DNA from: an uncultured virus (IMG/VR IMGVR_UViG_3300031847_000001)
Taxonomy: Duplodnaviria > Heunggongvirae > Uroviricota > Caudoviricetes
Strand: one strand, 5' to 3'
IMG/VR virus record: IMGVR_UViG_3300031847_000001
Length of the DNA stretch: 64,000 bases
How positions within the stretch are numbered: the stretch's first letter is position 1; each line of letters begins with the position of its first letter. The position numbers were made by a program, and so were the translations under genes. The notes beneath the pieces were generated by a model. That model was given only the letters and a program-made list of their open reading frames with translations. It was not told where the DNA came from and did not search any database. Below, in pieces: positions 16,924 through 26,941 of the stretch.

Positions 16924-19685
16924 GTTACGCTCTCGCCCTTCCGGCCGAATCCGAACCAAATCTAGCCCCCGCCGAACCGTTGAGGCAATACCTCGACGCG
17001 AACGGCGAAGCCTTTCCTCCATTCGAGGAATGGCTCAAGACGAAGTGTCAGGAACTGGAGCAGTTAAACTCTGCCGAGTGGGAAGAACTGGCGCTTCTCT
17101 GGGCATACCTTAATCTGATGATTGAGGGCAAGAATATGCTCCGGAAGAAACACCGGGGCTGGGGCTGGGATGTCGTCCCATTGCCGGAATCCACGACCGC
17201 GAACATCCGGGGCCAGAACAAACTTGGCTTTTACTTTCGGGTCTTACAGTCGAAATGGGTGGCATCGCGAACCAAGATTGACGCGGTGGCCGGTGACGAC
17301 AGCGACGAATCGGTCGCGTCGGCGAAGGCTGCCGATCAATGGTATGCCGCTATTTCTCCGATGGTTTACACGGAGAAATTCAGGCAACAAGAGTCGGTTG
17401 CGGCGCCCGTGCATGGGACTTACGCGCGGTATTTCTACTATGACGAATCAGCAGAGGATGGCGGATATGGATACAAACCAATTACCGAGCAACGACCAGT
17501 CAGAACAGAGGCAATCGCAGAGTGCGCCAATCCAGAGTGCGGATACGTCGGAAGTCCCGAGGAATTTGGAATTAGCGATGCTGGCGGAAGTGGTGCGGTC
17601 CCACAATCCGGCGGTATGGATATGGGCGCGGGGCCGGTTCCTTCAGGATATGGAGACGTGGCTCAAAGTGAGGGGCTTGCAGGAGGGTTAAATGTATCTG
17701 GTATACCAGGGCAGGAATTTGGCGGTAGCGGAGGATTCGAAGGGGAACAAACTGCTTTACCTGGCGGACAGCAGCCAGCCGAACTTGGTGCATTTAATAT
17801 ATGTCCCGGCTGCGGATCGCCTGATGTCACAGTCACTCCCGCGAAGGAAGAACTGATTGAGGTCATCGTCGATGTTCAGGAATACAAACTCGGCAACCTG
17901 AAATCTATCAGCGTTCCCTACTCCCAGATCCGCCACGAAATATCCTGCTCGTTCGAGGAATCACCCTGGGGTCGCTGGAAACGGCGCATCCGGACGGAAG
18001 AACTGAAGGCCAAATGGCCGAATCTCAAGATCCCTTCGGCGCAGGACGCTAAGAAACGCGACCCCGGTATGGCTTACGAAGAAGCCATGCGCTCATCGGT
18101 CGCGACGAATAGCAGTTCAGCTACCAGCGTCGCTTCCCGCGGTAAGCAGCACTACAACGACCTTACAATGTGGTGGCTCGCGCCGTGCATGTACTCGGAT
18201 TATGTGTTTCCGATGGACATGGTTACGGTGGCGGGCGAGACGATCCCGGCGGGAACGAAGGCTGTCGAGGCTTTCCCTGATGGGATGTACGTTGCTATCT
18301 GCGACGGCATTGACGCGCCGCTGCAGATCAAGAACGAGTCGCACAGAAAGCGCTGGGTTACGGCTCCCTACCACCTGCGCCTCTTCACTGGTCTCGGTAT
18401 CGGCGTTCAGGATAGCGTCGAGATGCAACGGCAATGGAATCTGATTCTGAGTTTGGTGTTTACCCAACTTCGGACATCCGCGCTTGGCGGGTGGCTGTAC
18501 GACAAGGACGCAATCGAAGGCGATCACGTCAAGAAACTCGGCCAGCCGCAGATGAGCGTCCCGGTGAGCTTGCGGAATCGCCCCGAAGGTACGCGGATCG
18601 AGCAATTAGTGAAGCAGATGGACCCGGGCCAGATACCGAGCCACATCCCCTGGTACATCGAGCACCTTGACTCAGGGATGCAGACGTCCATGGGCGCGCT
18701 GGTCAATGAAGGCGTCCCAGGGATGGACAGCAAAACGGCGACGGGCGTTGAGCAGATGGTTGGCGCTGCTCAGCAGCACAACGCGCCCGAGTACGCATTG
18801 AAGGGCGACGCTGACGAGCGATCGGCGTATGTGCTCTTCGAACTAGCCAAGAAGCATTACGTTGAGCCGAGGTTTCTGCCGAATCGCGGCAAGCGGGGCA
18901 AACAAGGCGGCATCTGGCTTTCGGCCGCCGACTTCGCCAACGGCCAGGTCCGGTTCGAAAAGGTTCGCGATTCCTACATGCCGAGTACGCGCGTGGATAA
19001 GCAGGAAGGCATCAAGGGGCTTCTGTTGATGTTCGGCGGCATCCAGGGTTTGCTCATAGCAATGCAGGAAGCGCCCGAATTTGTTGAGCAGTGCGCCGAG
19101 GCATTCCAGATTGACATTCAGGGCGATCTATTCGAGCCGACGGCCCTTCTGTGCCGACAGCGTGTTGATCAAATTCAAGAACTCGCGCCGCAGTATCTGC
19201 CCATACTTGAAGAGATGACGATGCTGGCGACGATGGACCCGCTGGCCTTCACGAATCCCGCCGACGTTGATCCGATGACGGGCATGCCGATGCCGGTGAA
19301 TCCGGTTGACGCGTTAGCAATGGAAATCGTTGACCAGTTGAAGCCGCCGGTTGAACTTGAAGAGCCGGCGCATATGGTGGCGATTAAATGTCTGCGCGAT
19401 ATGTTCTTGGACGATGAGATCAAAGAGGCGGATGAGCTGACGCGCGCCTGCCTGAAGGCGCTGGTTCGGAAGCACGTCGAGGCCGCCGCGCAGGAAGCGC
19501 AGATAATGAGCGCAATGGAAATGATGGCGGCGCCGCCACCGATGGAAGAAGACGACGAAGGTGGAAAGCCGAATCAGCCAAAGCGGACTGAGAAGGATAG
19601 CAGGAAGCAGCAGGCCAAGGGGAATATGTCAGGACAGAAAGTGCCGACGAATCCGAGGCCGCAAGCGCCAGCGATGGGGATGTAG
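16920..19685 (+). CDS. Portal protein (P22-like, with Zn-ribbon/low-complexity insertion)
   Basis: Position after TerL; size; QRQWN..LS, KTATG and helical C-terminal features typical of podovirus portals. Confidence 0.75.
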   Translation: MSYALALPAESEPNLAPAEPLRQYLDANGEAFPPFEEWLKTKCQELEQLNSAEWEELALLWAYLNLMIEGKNMLRKKHRGWGWDVVPLPESTTANIRGQNKLGFYFRVLQSKWVASRTKIDAVAGDDSDESVASAKAADQWYAAISPMVYTEKFRQQESVAAPVHGTYARYFYYDESAEDGGYGYKPITEQRPVRTEAIAECANPECGYVGSPEEFGISDAGGSGAVPQSGGMDMGAGPVPSGYGDVAQSEGLAGGLNVSGIPGQEFGGSGGFEGEQTALPGGQQPAELGAFNICPGCGSPDVTVTPAKEELIEVIVDVQEYKLGNLKSISVPYSQIRHEISCSFEESPWGRWKRRIRTEELKAKWPNLKIPSAQDAKKRDPGMAYEEAMRSSVATNSSSATSVASRGKQHYNDLTMWWLAPCMYSDYVFPMDMVTVAGETIPAGTKAVEAFPDGMYVAICDGIDAPLQIKNESHRKRWVTAPYHLRLFTGLGIGVQDSVEMQRQWNLILSLVFTQLRTSALGGWLYDKDAIEGDHVKKLGQPQMSVPVSLRNRPEGTRIEQLVKQMDPGQIPSHIPWYIEHLDSGMQTSMGALVNEGVPGMDSKTATGVEQMVGAAQQHNAPEYALKGDADERSAYVLFELAKKHYVEPRFLPNRGKRGKQGGIWLSAADFANGQVRFEKVRDSYMPSTRVDKQEGIKGLLLMFGGIQGLLIAMQEAPEFVEQCAEAFQIDIQGDLFEPTALLCRQRVDQIQELAPQYLPILEEMTMLATMDPLAFTNPADVDPMTGMPMPVNPVDALAMEIVDQLKPPVELEEPAHMVAIKCLRDMFLDDEIKEADELTRACLKALVRKHVEAAAQEAQIMSAMEMMAAPPPMEEDDEGGKPNQPKRTEKDSRKQQAKGNMSGQKVPTNPRPQAPAMGM

Positions 19686-19706
19686 CCATTTTTAAAGGAG
19701 ATTAAA

Positions 19707-20036
19707 GTGAGAGTACGAGTTGAATCCGAAACGAAACGCGAAAAACTGATAGAGGCCAAGACAGCTACGGACGAGGCAGGCGCTACGCAGCTTTCGTGTA
19801 AATACGAGATGGAGCACAGCTTTTACGTGCGCGTGGTTGATCCCAAACATGACGGATGGTCAATGACCGACTCTTTCCATGTCCTCGCCCAGATGCTGCC
19901 GCCTGGGACGAAATGCGGGGATGAGTTCTTGGTGTTCTTCGAGCGAGCAAGGACGCCTGAGGGCTACGAAAGGCCGCTTGGAATCACGCCCACTTTCCCA
20001 GTCAACCCCGGTAGCCTTCGGGAGAAGAAGAGTTAA
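19707..20036 (+). CDS. Hypothetical protein
   Basis: SD AAGGAG. Confidence 0.65.
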   Translation: MRVRVESETKREKLIEAKTATDEAGATQLSCKYEMEHSFYVRVVDPKHDGWSMTDSFHVLAQMLPPGTKCGDEFLVFFERARTPEGYERPLGITPTFPVNPGSLREKKS

Positions 20037-20336
20037 GTGGAAGGAAAAGGCGTCCGTGTTCCTACACTCGTTCGCCCGCCCGTGCAGGATGAGGCCGACG
20101 CGAGAGCCCGCGAAGTCTGCCAGCGCGCCCACTGCGACATGTGGCAGGCGCGCGCGGCATTGGACATAGCCCATTGGGACGTTGAGCGCGCCGTTGAAAA
20201 CTTGAAAGTGGTATCAGCGCTCGCGCCGCGCCCTTTTACATGGGAAGACGCGCGTGAGATTGCTGTTGTTTTCCGTGACGGTTTCTTGATGATCGTGAAG
20301 GGGCTCGAACGAAAATTCGGCATCGGTAAGAAATAA
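20037..20336 (+). CDS. Protein with UBA-like (EF-Ts N-terminal-like) motif
   Basis: AREVCQRAHCDMWQARAALDIAHWDVERAVENL. Confidence 0.5.
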   Translation: MEGKGVRVPTLVRPPVQDEADARAREVCQRAHCDMWQARAALDIAHWDVERAVENLKVVSALAPRPFTWEDAREIAVVFRDGFLMIVKGLERKFGIGKK

Positions 20337-20427
20337 AGATGTGGTAGAATCTGGCAAGTAATTGCCCCCTGCGAGTGCTAGTAACACTCCAGAGGGCTTG
20401 GCATCAACCTAATCAGGAGGTCGATAC

Positions 20428-21090
20428 ATGTCGAAGCCTACCACAGATAAGTCTCGCAAGGAATCCGATCGTCAATACCGTATAGAAAGAGTCAGGCGGC
20501 TAAAAGAGGCTGGGCTGTGTACTCGTTGTGGGAAGAATTCGCCGTTAGGCGGTGGCTTTCTTTGCGTTCAATGCGGAGATCGCAAGGCGCGAGCCCGGAG
20601 CCAACGTATAGTTGCTGGTATATGTGTTAATTGCCCAAAGCCTTCGAATGGTCGAACGCGGTTTTGCGATGAACATCATCAAAAGAGTAACGAGTCTAAG
20701 AATGCGCGCACGGCAAAACTGTTACAGGCCGGGCTTTGTGTTGTTTGCGGCCAGCGTCCGCCTGAGACGAAGCGCCTGTGTAATGAGTGCGCAGGTGTTC
20801 AGCGAAGTTGCCAAATAGGGCGGCATCAAAAATTGCGAGCGCGGGTGTTGGCGGGGTACGGGCATAAATGTCAATGCTGCGGTGAACCTCACGCCGAGTT
20901 TTTAGCGGTTGACCATGTAAACGGTGGCGGAAATCGGGAGCGAAAAGAGCATGGTTGGCGAGTCATCGGGCGCGATCTATATCGCAAGATAGTAAAGCTC
21001 AATTTTCCAGATACATACAGATTATTATGTCATAACTGCAATAATGCATACGGGCACTACGGATATTGCCCGCACCAATTAAAGGTTTGA
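20428..21090 (+). CDS. Free-standing HNH endonuclease with tandem Zn fingers
   Basis: Repeated GLCxxCG fingers; CQCCGE...LAVDHVNGGG...LLCHNCN. Confidence 0.8.
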   Translation: MSKPTTDKSRKESDRQYRIERVRRLKEAGLCTRCGKNSPLGGGFLCVQCGDRKARARSQRIVAGICVNCPKPSNGRTRFCDEHHQKSNESKNARTAKLLQAGLCVVCGQRPPETKRLCNECAGVQRSCQIGRHQKLRARVLAGYGHKCQCCGEPHAEFLAVDHVNGGGNRERKEHGWRVIGRDLYRKIVKLNFPDTYRLLCHNCNNAYGHYGYCPHQLKV

Positions 21091-21143
21091 TTTAGTGGAA
21101 CCCCGCGTTGGCGGATAGTCGGCGCGGATCAACTAGCTAATTT

Positions 21144-21200
21144 AGGCCGAATATTTCGGATGCTGAGAGGCGTCTGAGGTATTCGGCCTTTTTCTTTTTT
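21144..21200 (+). terminator. 20-bp stem-loop with U-tract upstream of the scaffold gene
   Basis: AGGCCGAATATTTCGGATGC/GCGTCTGAGGTATTCGGCCT with G-U pairs, followed by TTTTCTTTTTT. Confidence 0.6.
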
Positions 21201-21209
21201 AGGACATAC

Positions 21210-22655
21210 ATGGAGTCAATCTCGTCCGAAACTTCTCCCGCTGTCTCGCCGGAGACGAGTCCTGTTACTCCAACAGACTCGACGCCTTCGACAAGCGTTG
21301 CTGAGACTCAACAGGCTGGTCCCGAGACCGGCCAGCCCGCGATCGATCAAATCCAGGGCGGTGAGACCGTGACCGCCAATCAGGATGAATTTCCCGATGA
21401 ACAAGCCTTCGTGCAATTGCCGGGGGAACAGCGCGCCGAAAACTGGAAGAGAGCCCGAACGCGGATAGGCGAACAGAATCAACGGATAGAGCAATTGGCG
21501 TCGCTCGAAGCCTTCAAGCCCGCTGTCGAAACGATCGAACAGATGGGCGGATGGGAGTCGGTCGAGCCGTTGCTTCAACTGGCGACGAATCTTTTCGCGC
21601 CGGTTGTTGGCGAGGATGGCCAGCAAGTGTTCGATCAATCGGGGCTACCGCAGTACACGTCGGCGCCGTTTGTCGAGAACCTTGCGCAGCAAAGCATGGG
21701 CACGCTAAGCGAGATCCTGCTCCACGGTTTTGACATACCGCTTGGAGAGGAGACGCTGGGCCATTGGCTGTTACGCAATCGTTTGGGTCTCGACCCGAAC
21801 ATGCTCGCCACCTATCAACAGATTCAGTCGCCTGAACAGGCCCGTGATTACATCACGCGGTCTGGGGGCATTGATCCCGCGCTATTCGAAGATGTCACTC
21901 CTGAATATCACGATTCCTTGCGATCACTCATGGGCACCCGTCCGGGCCTTGCGTCCGAATGGGGAAACATGTCTGACGAAGCCAAGGAGGAGCTACTTCA
22001 GGACCGCCGCGAGCTGCTCGAAAACCGCAAGTATGCGGAGGAGCAGCGGCGCCGAGATGAACAAACCGCAGCGGAGCGCACAGCGGCCGCTGAGGAACGC
22101 ATCAAGGCGGCCGGCCAGCAAAGCATGGCCACAGCCGAACAGCGCGTAGTAGATGCCCAACTCGCCAAGTTGAAACAGACGGCGACGTTCTTCGCAGACG
22201 AGGCCGATAACTCGGACGTCTGGGATGACATCATCCGTCACAGCGCGAACCAACTGCAAAAAGACCCGGACTTAGCCAAGAAGTCAAAGGAGTGTCAGGC
22301 ATGGCACCACAAACTTGCGGAATATGAAGCCGCGAGAGACGTGCTGAAGGCCAGTCAGGCCAGGGTCGAGATCGGCAAGCTCGAACGCAAGCTCGAAAAG
22401 GCGTTCGGGGATGCTGTCACTGCCCGCACGGGCCAGTGGTCTCGTCGCCTCGGCGGGGCGCGCGCTGCACATCAGCAACAAATCACAGAAGCAAAACCGA
22501 GAATAGAGATTGGCTCCGCTGGGGACAATTCCAGCGGGAATCCGCCTCAGATCCACTCGCCGGCTCCTCCGGGGCAACGCTTTGGCATGAGCGAAGAGCG
22601 CAAGATGCAACTTGCCCGCGAACTCGCGGCGAGGAAGCAGGCGATGGGCGGATAG
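21210..22655 (+). CDS. Scaffolding-like protein
   Basis: Acidic disordered N-terminus, long coiled coils, directly upstream of the capsid gene. Confidence 0.65.
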   Translation: MESISSETSPAVSPETSPVTPTDSTPSTSVAETQQAGPETGQPAIDQIQGGETVTANQDEFPDEQAFVQLPGEQRAENWKRARTRIGEQNQRIEQLASLEAFKPAVETIEQMGGWESVEPLLQLATNLFAPVVGEDGQQVFDQSGLPQYTSAPFVENLAQQSMGTLSEILLHGFDIPLGEETLGHWLLRNRLGLDPNMLATYQQIQSPEQARDYITRSGGIDPALFEDVTPEYHDSLRSLMGTRPGLASEWGNMSDEAKEELLQDRRELLENRKYAEEQRRRDEQTAAERTAAAEERIKAAGQQSMATAEQRVVDAQLAKLKQTATFFADEADNSDVWDDIIRHSANQLQKDPDLAKKSKECQAWHHKLAEYEAARDVLKASQARVEIGKLERKLEKAFGDAVTARTGQWSRRLGGARAAHQQQITEAKPRIEIGSAGDNSSGNPPQIHSPAPPGQRFGMSEERKMQLARELAARKQAMGG

Positions 22656-22690
22656 CAGGTCTCGTCCCTCGGGAATGCGGGGGAAAGTGA

Positions 22691-23959
22691 ATGTCACAAA
22701 CAAATATTGCGACGATTGGCCCCACTCTGAATCAGGCTGTGTCTGACCTGCAGACTCAGTTTGAGAATCAGAAGAACGCCTATACGTCCATCGCGAAAAG
22801 AAAAAAGCGCGATTTCATCAACGGAAAGGGCGAGCGAATCCCGAACTACCTGCGCCGGCCTACCGGTATTACCGCGGGTACTGAGGGTTTTTCGTTCAAC
22901 ACTCCCGGCAATCCGACCTACGACGACATGTGGGTCTATCCCGCCGAAGTGGCCCTGCCCTACGAATTAACGGATCGCGTGATCCGCAACCTTAACGCCG
23001 GGTCTGAGTACACTCAGATTGACGGCATTTCCGGCTATCTGGCCAAGATAGCCGATGCCCTGACCAAGAACCTCGAGCGCATCACGTTCGGCGACGGCTC
23101 CGGGCTGAAAGGCACGGCCGCCTCGGCTTCATCGTCAACCATTACCTTCCGCACGGCTGCCGCGGCGTCTTTCGGCAGCACTAAGGGCGCCGTGTGGGTC
23201 GAACTCGGTGAGACCTACGACCTGATCAACGGCTCGACTCGCGCCGTTCGCGGTCAGGTCCGTTTCAGTTCGAAGACCGCCACCACAGCGACGGGAACTT
23301 TCGTTGGCTTCGTGGCCGCCGATGTCACGGATGGCGATTTCATCGTTGAGACGAACTCGCTCGACAACTTCCCGCGCGGACTCGCGTACATCGTCAACAA
23401 CGACACCGGCAACTTCCAGTTGCTGAGCCGTTCGACCTACCCTGAACTCAAGGCGAACGTTGTTGACCTCGCGAACGCGGCGATTACGGTCTCCGACTTT
23501 GATCAAGCCGTCTCCCTTCTCGAGATTCGCGGCGACACGATGGACGGAGCCACGGAAGGAATTACTTGCTGGCTACCGGTCGCCCAGTGGGCCGCGCTCA
23601 AGCGTCTGGGCCAGAACCTGAAGCGTTTCGGGCCTGGCGACACCAAGTTTGACGGTAGTTTTCAGAGTTTCGGCTTTGGAAATCTCACCTTCAACAAGGC
23701 CGTGGATTCCTGCGAGGACCGCATTTACTTCAACAAGAGCATGGACCTGTTCAAGCTCGAGGAGAAGGAATTCGGCGCGTACGAGACCGACGGCGTGAAG
23801 ATGTACCGCAAGATGGGCACGAACGGCGTCGGTAGCACCGCAAATGTTGGGGCTATTGGCGTTGCCTACCAAAACGGAGCCTCACAGCCCCGTAACTACT
23901 CACTTATCAAACGCGCTGCGACCGCTGGCTTGCCCACGCAGGTTCTCGCTTACACCTAA
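22691..23959 (+). CDS. Major capsid protein
   Basis: 422 aa after scaffold; strongly biased codons; FGDGSG motif and PRN..LI C-terminus as in P22-like capsids. Confidence 0.75.
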   Translation: MSQTNIATIGPTLNQAVSDLQTQFENQKNAYTSIAKRKKRDFINGKGERIPNYLRRPTGITAGTEGFSFNTPGNPTYDDMWVYPAEVALPYELTDRVIRNLNAGSEYTQIDGISGYLAKIADALTKNLERITFGDGSGLKGTAASASSSTITFRTAAAASFGSTKGAVWVELGETYDLINGSTRAVRGQVRFSSKTATTATGTFVGFVAADVTDGDFIVETNSLDNFPRGLAYIVNNDTGNFQLLSRSTYPELKANVVDLANAAITVSDFDQAVSLLEIRGDTMDGATEGITCWLPVAQWAALKRLGQNLKRFGPGDTKFDGSFQSFGFGNLTFNKAVDSCEDRIYFNKSMDLFKLEEKEFGAYETDGVKMYRKMGTNGVGSTANVGAIGVAYQNGASQPRNYSLIKRAATAGLPTQVLAYT

Positions 23960-23980
23960 TTGAAAGGAGGATAGACGCAT

Positions 23981-24310
23981 ATGGCATCAGTAGCTGTTTC
24001 GAACATTTCGAACATCACATCGCTAGTCACTGGAACTCCTCCGAAGGGGTCGGCGCTGACTTGGCCAGGTGGCATCCCGATTGTCGTTTTCCGCATTGCC
24101 TCCGGGCAGAATCCGGGAGACACGGCGGTACTTTCGGACCCGATCAGGTTACCGCTCATCAAGGCGGTAATGGGTCCAGTCACGCACACCCTGCCGATTT
24201 CCGGCGCATCAAGCGTGACGGTCACAATCGGCGCTTTTACGGGGAGCGCCCAAACAGTCACCGTCGGAGCGGTGGAAGTGTGGTGTATTGGGCCACAGCC
24301 CATCACTTAA
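23981..24310 (+). CDS. Putative capsid decoration protein (paralog 1)
   Basis: Beta-rich; similar to 24365..24661; SD AGGAGG. Confidence 0.6.
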   Translation: MASVAVSNISNITSLVTGTPPKGSALTWPGGIPIVVFRIASGQNPGDTAVLSDPIRLPLIKAVMGPVTHTLPISGASSVTVTIGAFTGSAQTVTVGAVEVWCIGPQPIT

Positions 24311-24364
24311 TCGAACGCCGGGGCGCTTCTTAATTGGGGTGCCCCGCTTCACAGGGGAGGGCTT

Positions 24365-24661
24365 ATGGCCTCGGTCGCGACTTCAAATATAACCCTGGTT
24401 GAATATAACCAGAGTAAATTATCCATCTCGGGATTCGCCATTGAACATTGGCGAATTGCCGCTGGCCAGCTCAGCGGTGATACTGCCGTCATCGTTCCGG
24501 CGAGGGAAAAGCTGATTAAAGGCGTTTTCGGGCCGGTTACGCACAACGTCCCCGCAAGTGGCGCTTCAAGTGTAACGGTCACGCTGGCTGGCGTTTTTAC
24601 ATCCGCAGTTAGCAACACCATCGGCCAAGTCGATGTGTTTGTGATCTGCGCCCCAAGGTAA
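24365..24661 (+). CDS. Putative capsid decoration protein (paralog 2)
   Basis: Shares RIAxGQxxGDTAV and GPVTHxxPxSGASSVTVT with paralog 1. Confidence 0.6.
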   Translation: MASVATSNITLVEYNQSKLSISGFAIEHWRIAAGQLSGDTAVIVPAREKLIKGVFGPVTHNVPASGASSVTVTLAGVFTSAVSNTIGQVDVFVICAPR

Positions 24662-24671
24662 AGGAAACCAC

Positions 24672-25061
24672 ATGGCAATCGGTGGAATTTTACTGTCAGT
24701 AACTGGTGATAGAGAGCCGATAGATGGGAAATCTGTCGCAAATACTAAGATATTCGATGAATCCGATCTTCCGTCCGGCAATCACATCTCTCCAATTTTT
24801 GTCACTGTGGAGACGTACACAGCGGATTCGATTTCAATGACGGCGATCTTCAGTATCGGAACCAACTCTCCGAATTACGACAACATACTTGCAGCCCATG
24901 CCGTGAAACCGGTCGCCGGACTGGTGGAAATGTTCCCACTCCAAGATGCTCAGATGATTGATGCTGAGACCGACGTATATGCTCGTGTCCAGAGGGCTGC
25001 TTCAGGAACCGATCTTACGTTCGTCGTCGGGATGGCTCATCTGCAGTATACGGTGCAGTAA
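24672..25061 (+). CDS. Beta-rich virion protein (putative)
   Basis: Position after capsid; SIGTNSPNYDNI. Confidence 0.55.
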   Translation: MAIGGILLSVTGDREPIDGKSVANTKIFDESDLPSGNHISPIFVTVETYTADSISMTAIFSIGTNSPNYDNILAAHAVKPVAGLVEMFPLQDAQMIDAETDVYARVQRAASGTDLTFVVGMAHLQYTVQ

Positions 25062-25062
25062 A

Positions 25063-25929
25063 ATGATCATCGTTCCACAATCCAGCAACAATCATCCCGT
25101 GTTCGACGCTCCCTTGAAGCAGTGGGATGAGAATCTGATGTCTCCGTGGTCAGCGGAGCGTCTGAAGGATTTCCAGGCCAGGATAAACCGGATTGCGGGG
25201 CTTGCTTTCAACGGCAAGCCCAACGTCCGGATTATCTGGCCCGGTCATCCGGTCCCGCCAATTATCACTCTCGATAAAGAGCCTGATGCGGTCCTCGGCC
25301 CCGAAGAGGAAAAGACCATGCATTGGGTCAAGAGCAAGGATGGTAAGTACGTCAAACGTGGTCGTTATCACCTGTTCACGCAAGAGTACGAATTGACCGG
25401 CTTCAATCGTGAAACGGGCGTGCCGTTTGTCCAATACATGGATGTCGACATAGCCGTTCGGCGGTTCATCGTCGAGCAATACCACCTACCGGCGGAACAG
25501 GGCTTCAACTACAAAGCAGGCACAAAGGGTCAAGGTTTCTATTCTCATCTCTGGTCGGTCGCCACGCATTTCGACGACTGCTGCGGAGGGTTGGAAGCGA
25601 ACAACGGCCATTTGTGCCTTGGTCTGTACCGCGAGCCGTCGGATTGCGATCTCGACGAACTGGCGATGCGCGTCAAGGCTCGTGACGCTGAGGAGTTCGG
25701 CCATATGGCAGGCGAGCGGGCAACGCTTGACGAGATGGTGGTGGAGGCGCGCCAGTCCCGCGATGCAACCGAGGCGGCCAATCAGCGCCGGCTGGAACTG
25801 TACAGGAACACTTTGAAGGATAGTCTCCTTTTCCACGGCTGGAAAATGTTCACGGAAGATCCGGCCAGACTCGCCGAGGGCAAGATTTTCGATCCCTCTC
25901 GGCGTAAACAGCAACATCAGAACAACTAA
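25063..25929 (+). CDS. Hypothetical protein
   Basis: ORF frame 24958..25929; ATG at 25063 follows the previous stop. Confidence 0.7.
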   Translation: MIIVPQSSNNHPVFDAPLKQWDENLMSPWSAERLKDFQARINRIAGLAFNGKPNVRIIWPGHPVPPIITLDKEPDAVLGPEEEKTMHWVKSKDGKYVKRGRYHLFTQEYELTGFNRETGVPFVQYMDVDIAVRRFIVEQYHLPAEQGFNYKAGTKGQGFYSHLWSVATHFDDCCGGLEANNGHLCLGLYREPSDCDLDELAMRVKARDAEEFGHMAGERATLDEMVVEARQSRDATEAANQRRLELYRNTLKDSLLFHGWKMFTEDPARLAEGKIFDPSRRKQQHQNN

Positions 25930-25933
25930 CCCT

Positions 25934-26941
25934 ATGCAAACACAAGTAGCAGTAAGGCCGGATGCGTTCCAGGGCGTGATCAACGAGATGACACCGGAGC
26001 GGGTGTACATCGCGGCCGAAGACAAGAGAGAGCGGTATTTCTTTTACCCTGGGGATGAACCGGGGATGAAGAATCCGGGCGGATTGTCGGTCAACACGCC
26101 GTGCGTTCCTTACAAGCGAATCTATCGCTGTCAGATCACGCCCTGCATTTCCCGGCAGATCCCGGCGCGCATCGAGGAAATAGCCGAGGGCTCACGGATA
26201 CCGGGCACGGTGGGCTTCCGTGTCGGATTCGCGAAGTCCTGGCTTGCGAGCGGTCCGGAGGCTGACGGTCTCCTGGCCGATTATGGCAACGCCGCGGATT
26301 TCTCTCGGAATTGGGGCTTGATTGAATTGCTTCCCGAGAAGTTGACGGGGATGAATTACGCCGAGTACGCGAAACTTCACCTCAATGAAGCGCTCTTCCC
26401 ACAGTGGCCCGACATCGGAGAAGCCAACCAGGACGTCCTTGATCACTTGTTCGAGATGAACGGGATCATCGAGAAGAACGAGCATGATTGGTTCAAGTGG
26501 AACCTTAACAACTCCGAGACCATCCTTCACCGGGACATCTACCTGGCCTGCATCCCGCAGATGGTCATGGCGGTCGAGGCAGCGCAGCAGCATCAATCCG
26601 AAGTTGTGCGCAACTCGAACATCGCGGTTACGCTTCCATCCACCGAACCTGGCTATAAGCGCAATTTCGACGATCGGGACCGCCTTTATTCGAAGCGCAC
26701 CGGAATCCCGCTCGCGATCAACTCGCTTCGTCAGAACTCGTCCGATGCGATGGAGGTCATGGCCGAACGGCTCGCCAGCAAGTTGCAGCCGCAGGTTGCG
26801 CCGCAAAGTGATCCGACACAGGTAGCCGCGACGGTAACTGCGGTGATTCAGGCGCTGAAGGCAGAGGGTCTTTTGACTCTCCCGTCCGCGCCTGAAGAGA
26901 CCAAGCCGAAGGAAAAACCGAAAGCGCTGAAGGCTGAATAA
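25934..26941 (+). CDS. Hypothetical protein
   Basis: 335-aa ORF, coupled to the next gene. Confidence 0.75.
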   Translation: MQTQVAVRPDAFQGVINEMTPERVYIAAEDKRERYFFYPGDEPGMKNPGGLSVNTPCVPYKRIYRCQITPCISRQIPARIEEIAEGSRIPGTVGFRVGFAKSWLASGPEADGLLADYGNAADFSRNWGLIELLPEKLTGMNYAEYAKLHLNEALFPQWPDIGEANQDVLDHLFEMNGIIEKNEHDWFKWNLNNSETILHRDIYLACIPQMVMAVEAAQQHQSEVVRNSNIAVTLPSTEPGYKRNFDDRDRLYSKRTGIPLAINSLRQNSSDAMEVMAERLASKLQPQVAPQSDPTQVAATVTAVIQALKAEGLLTLPSAPEETKPKEKPKALKAE

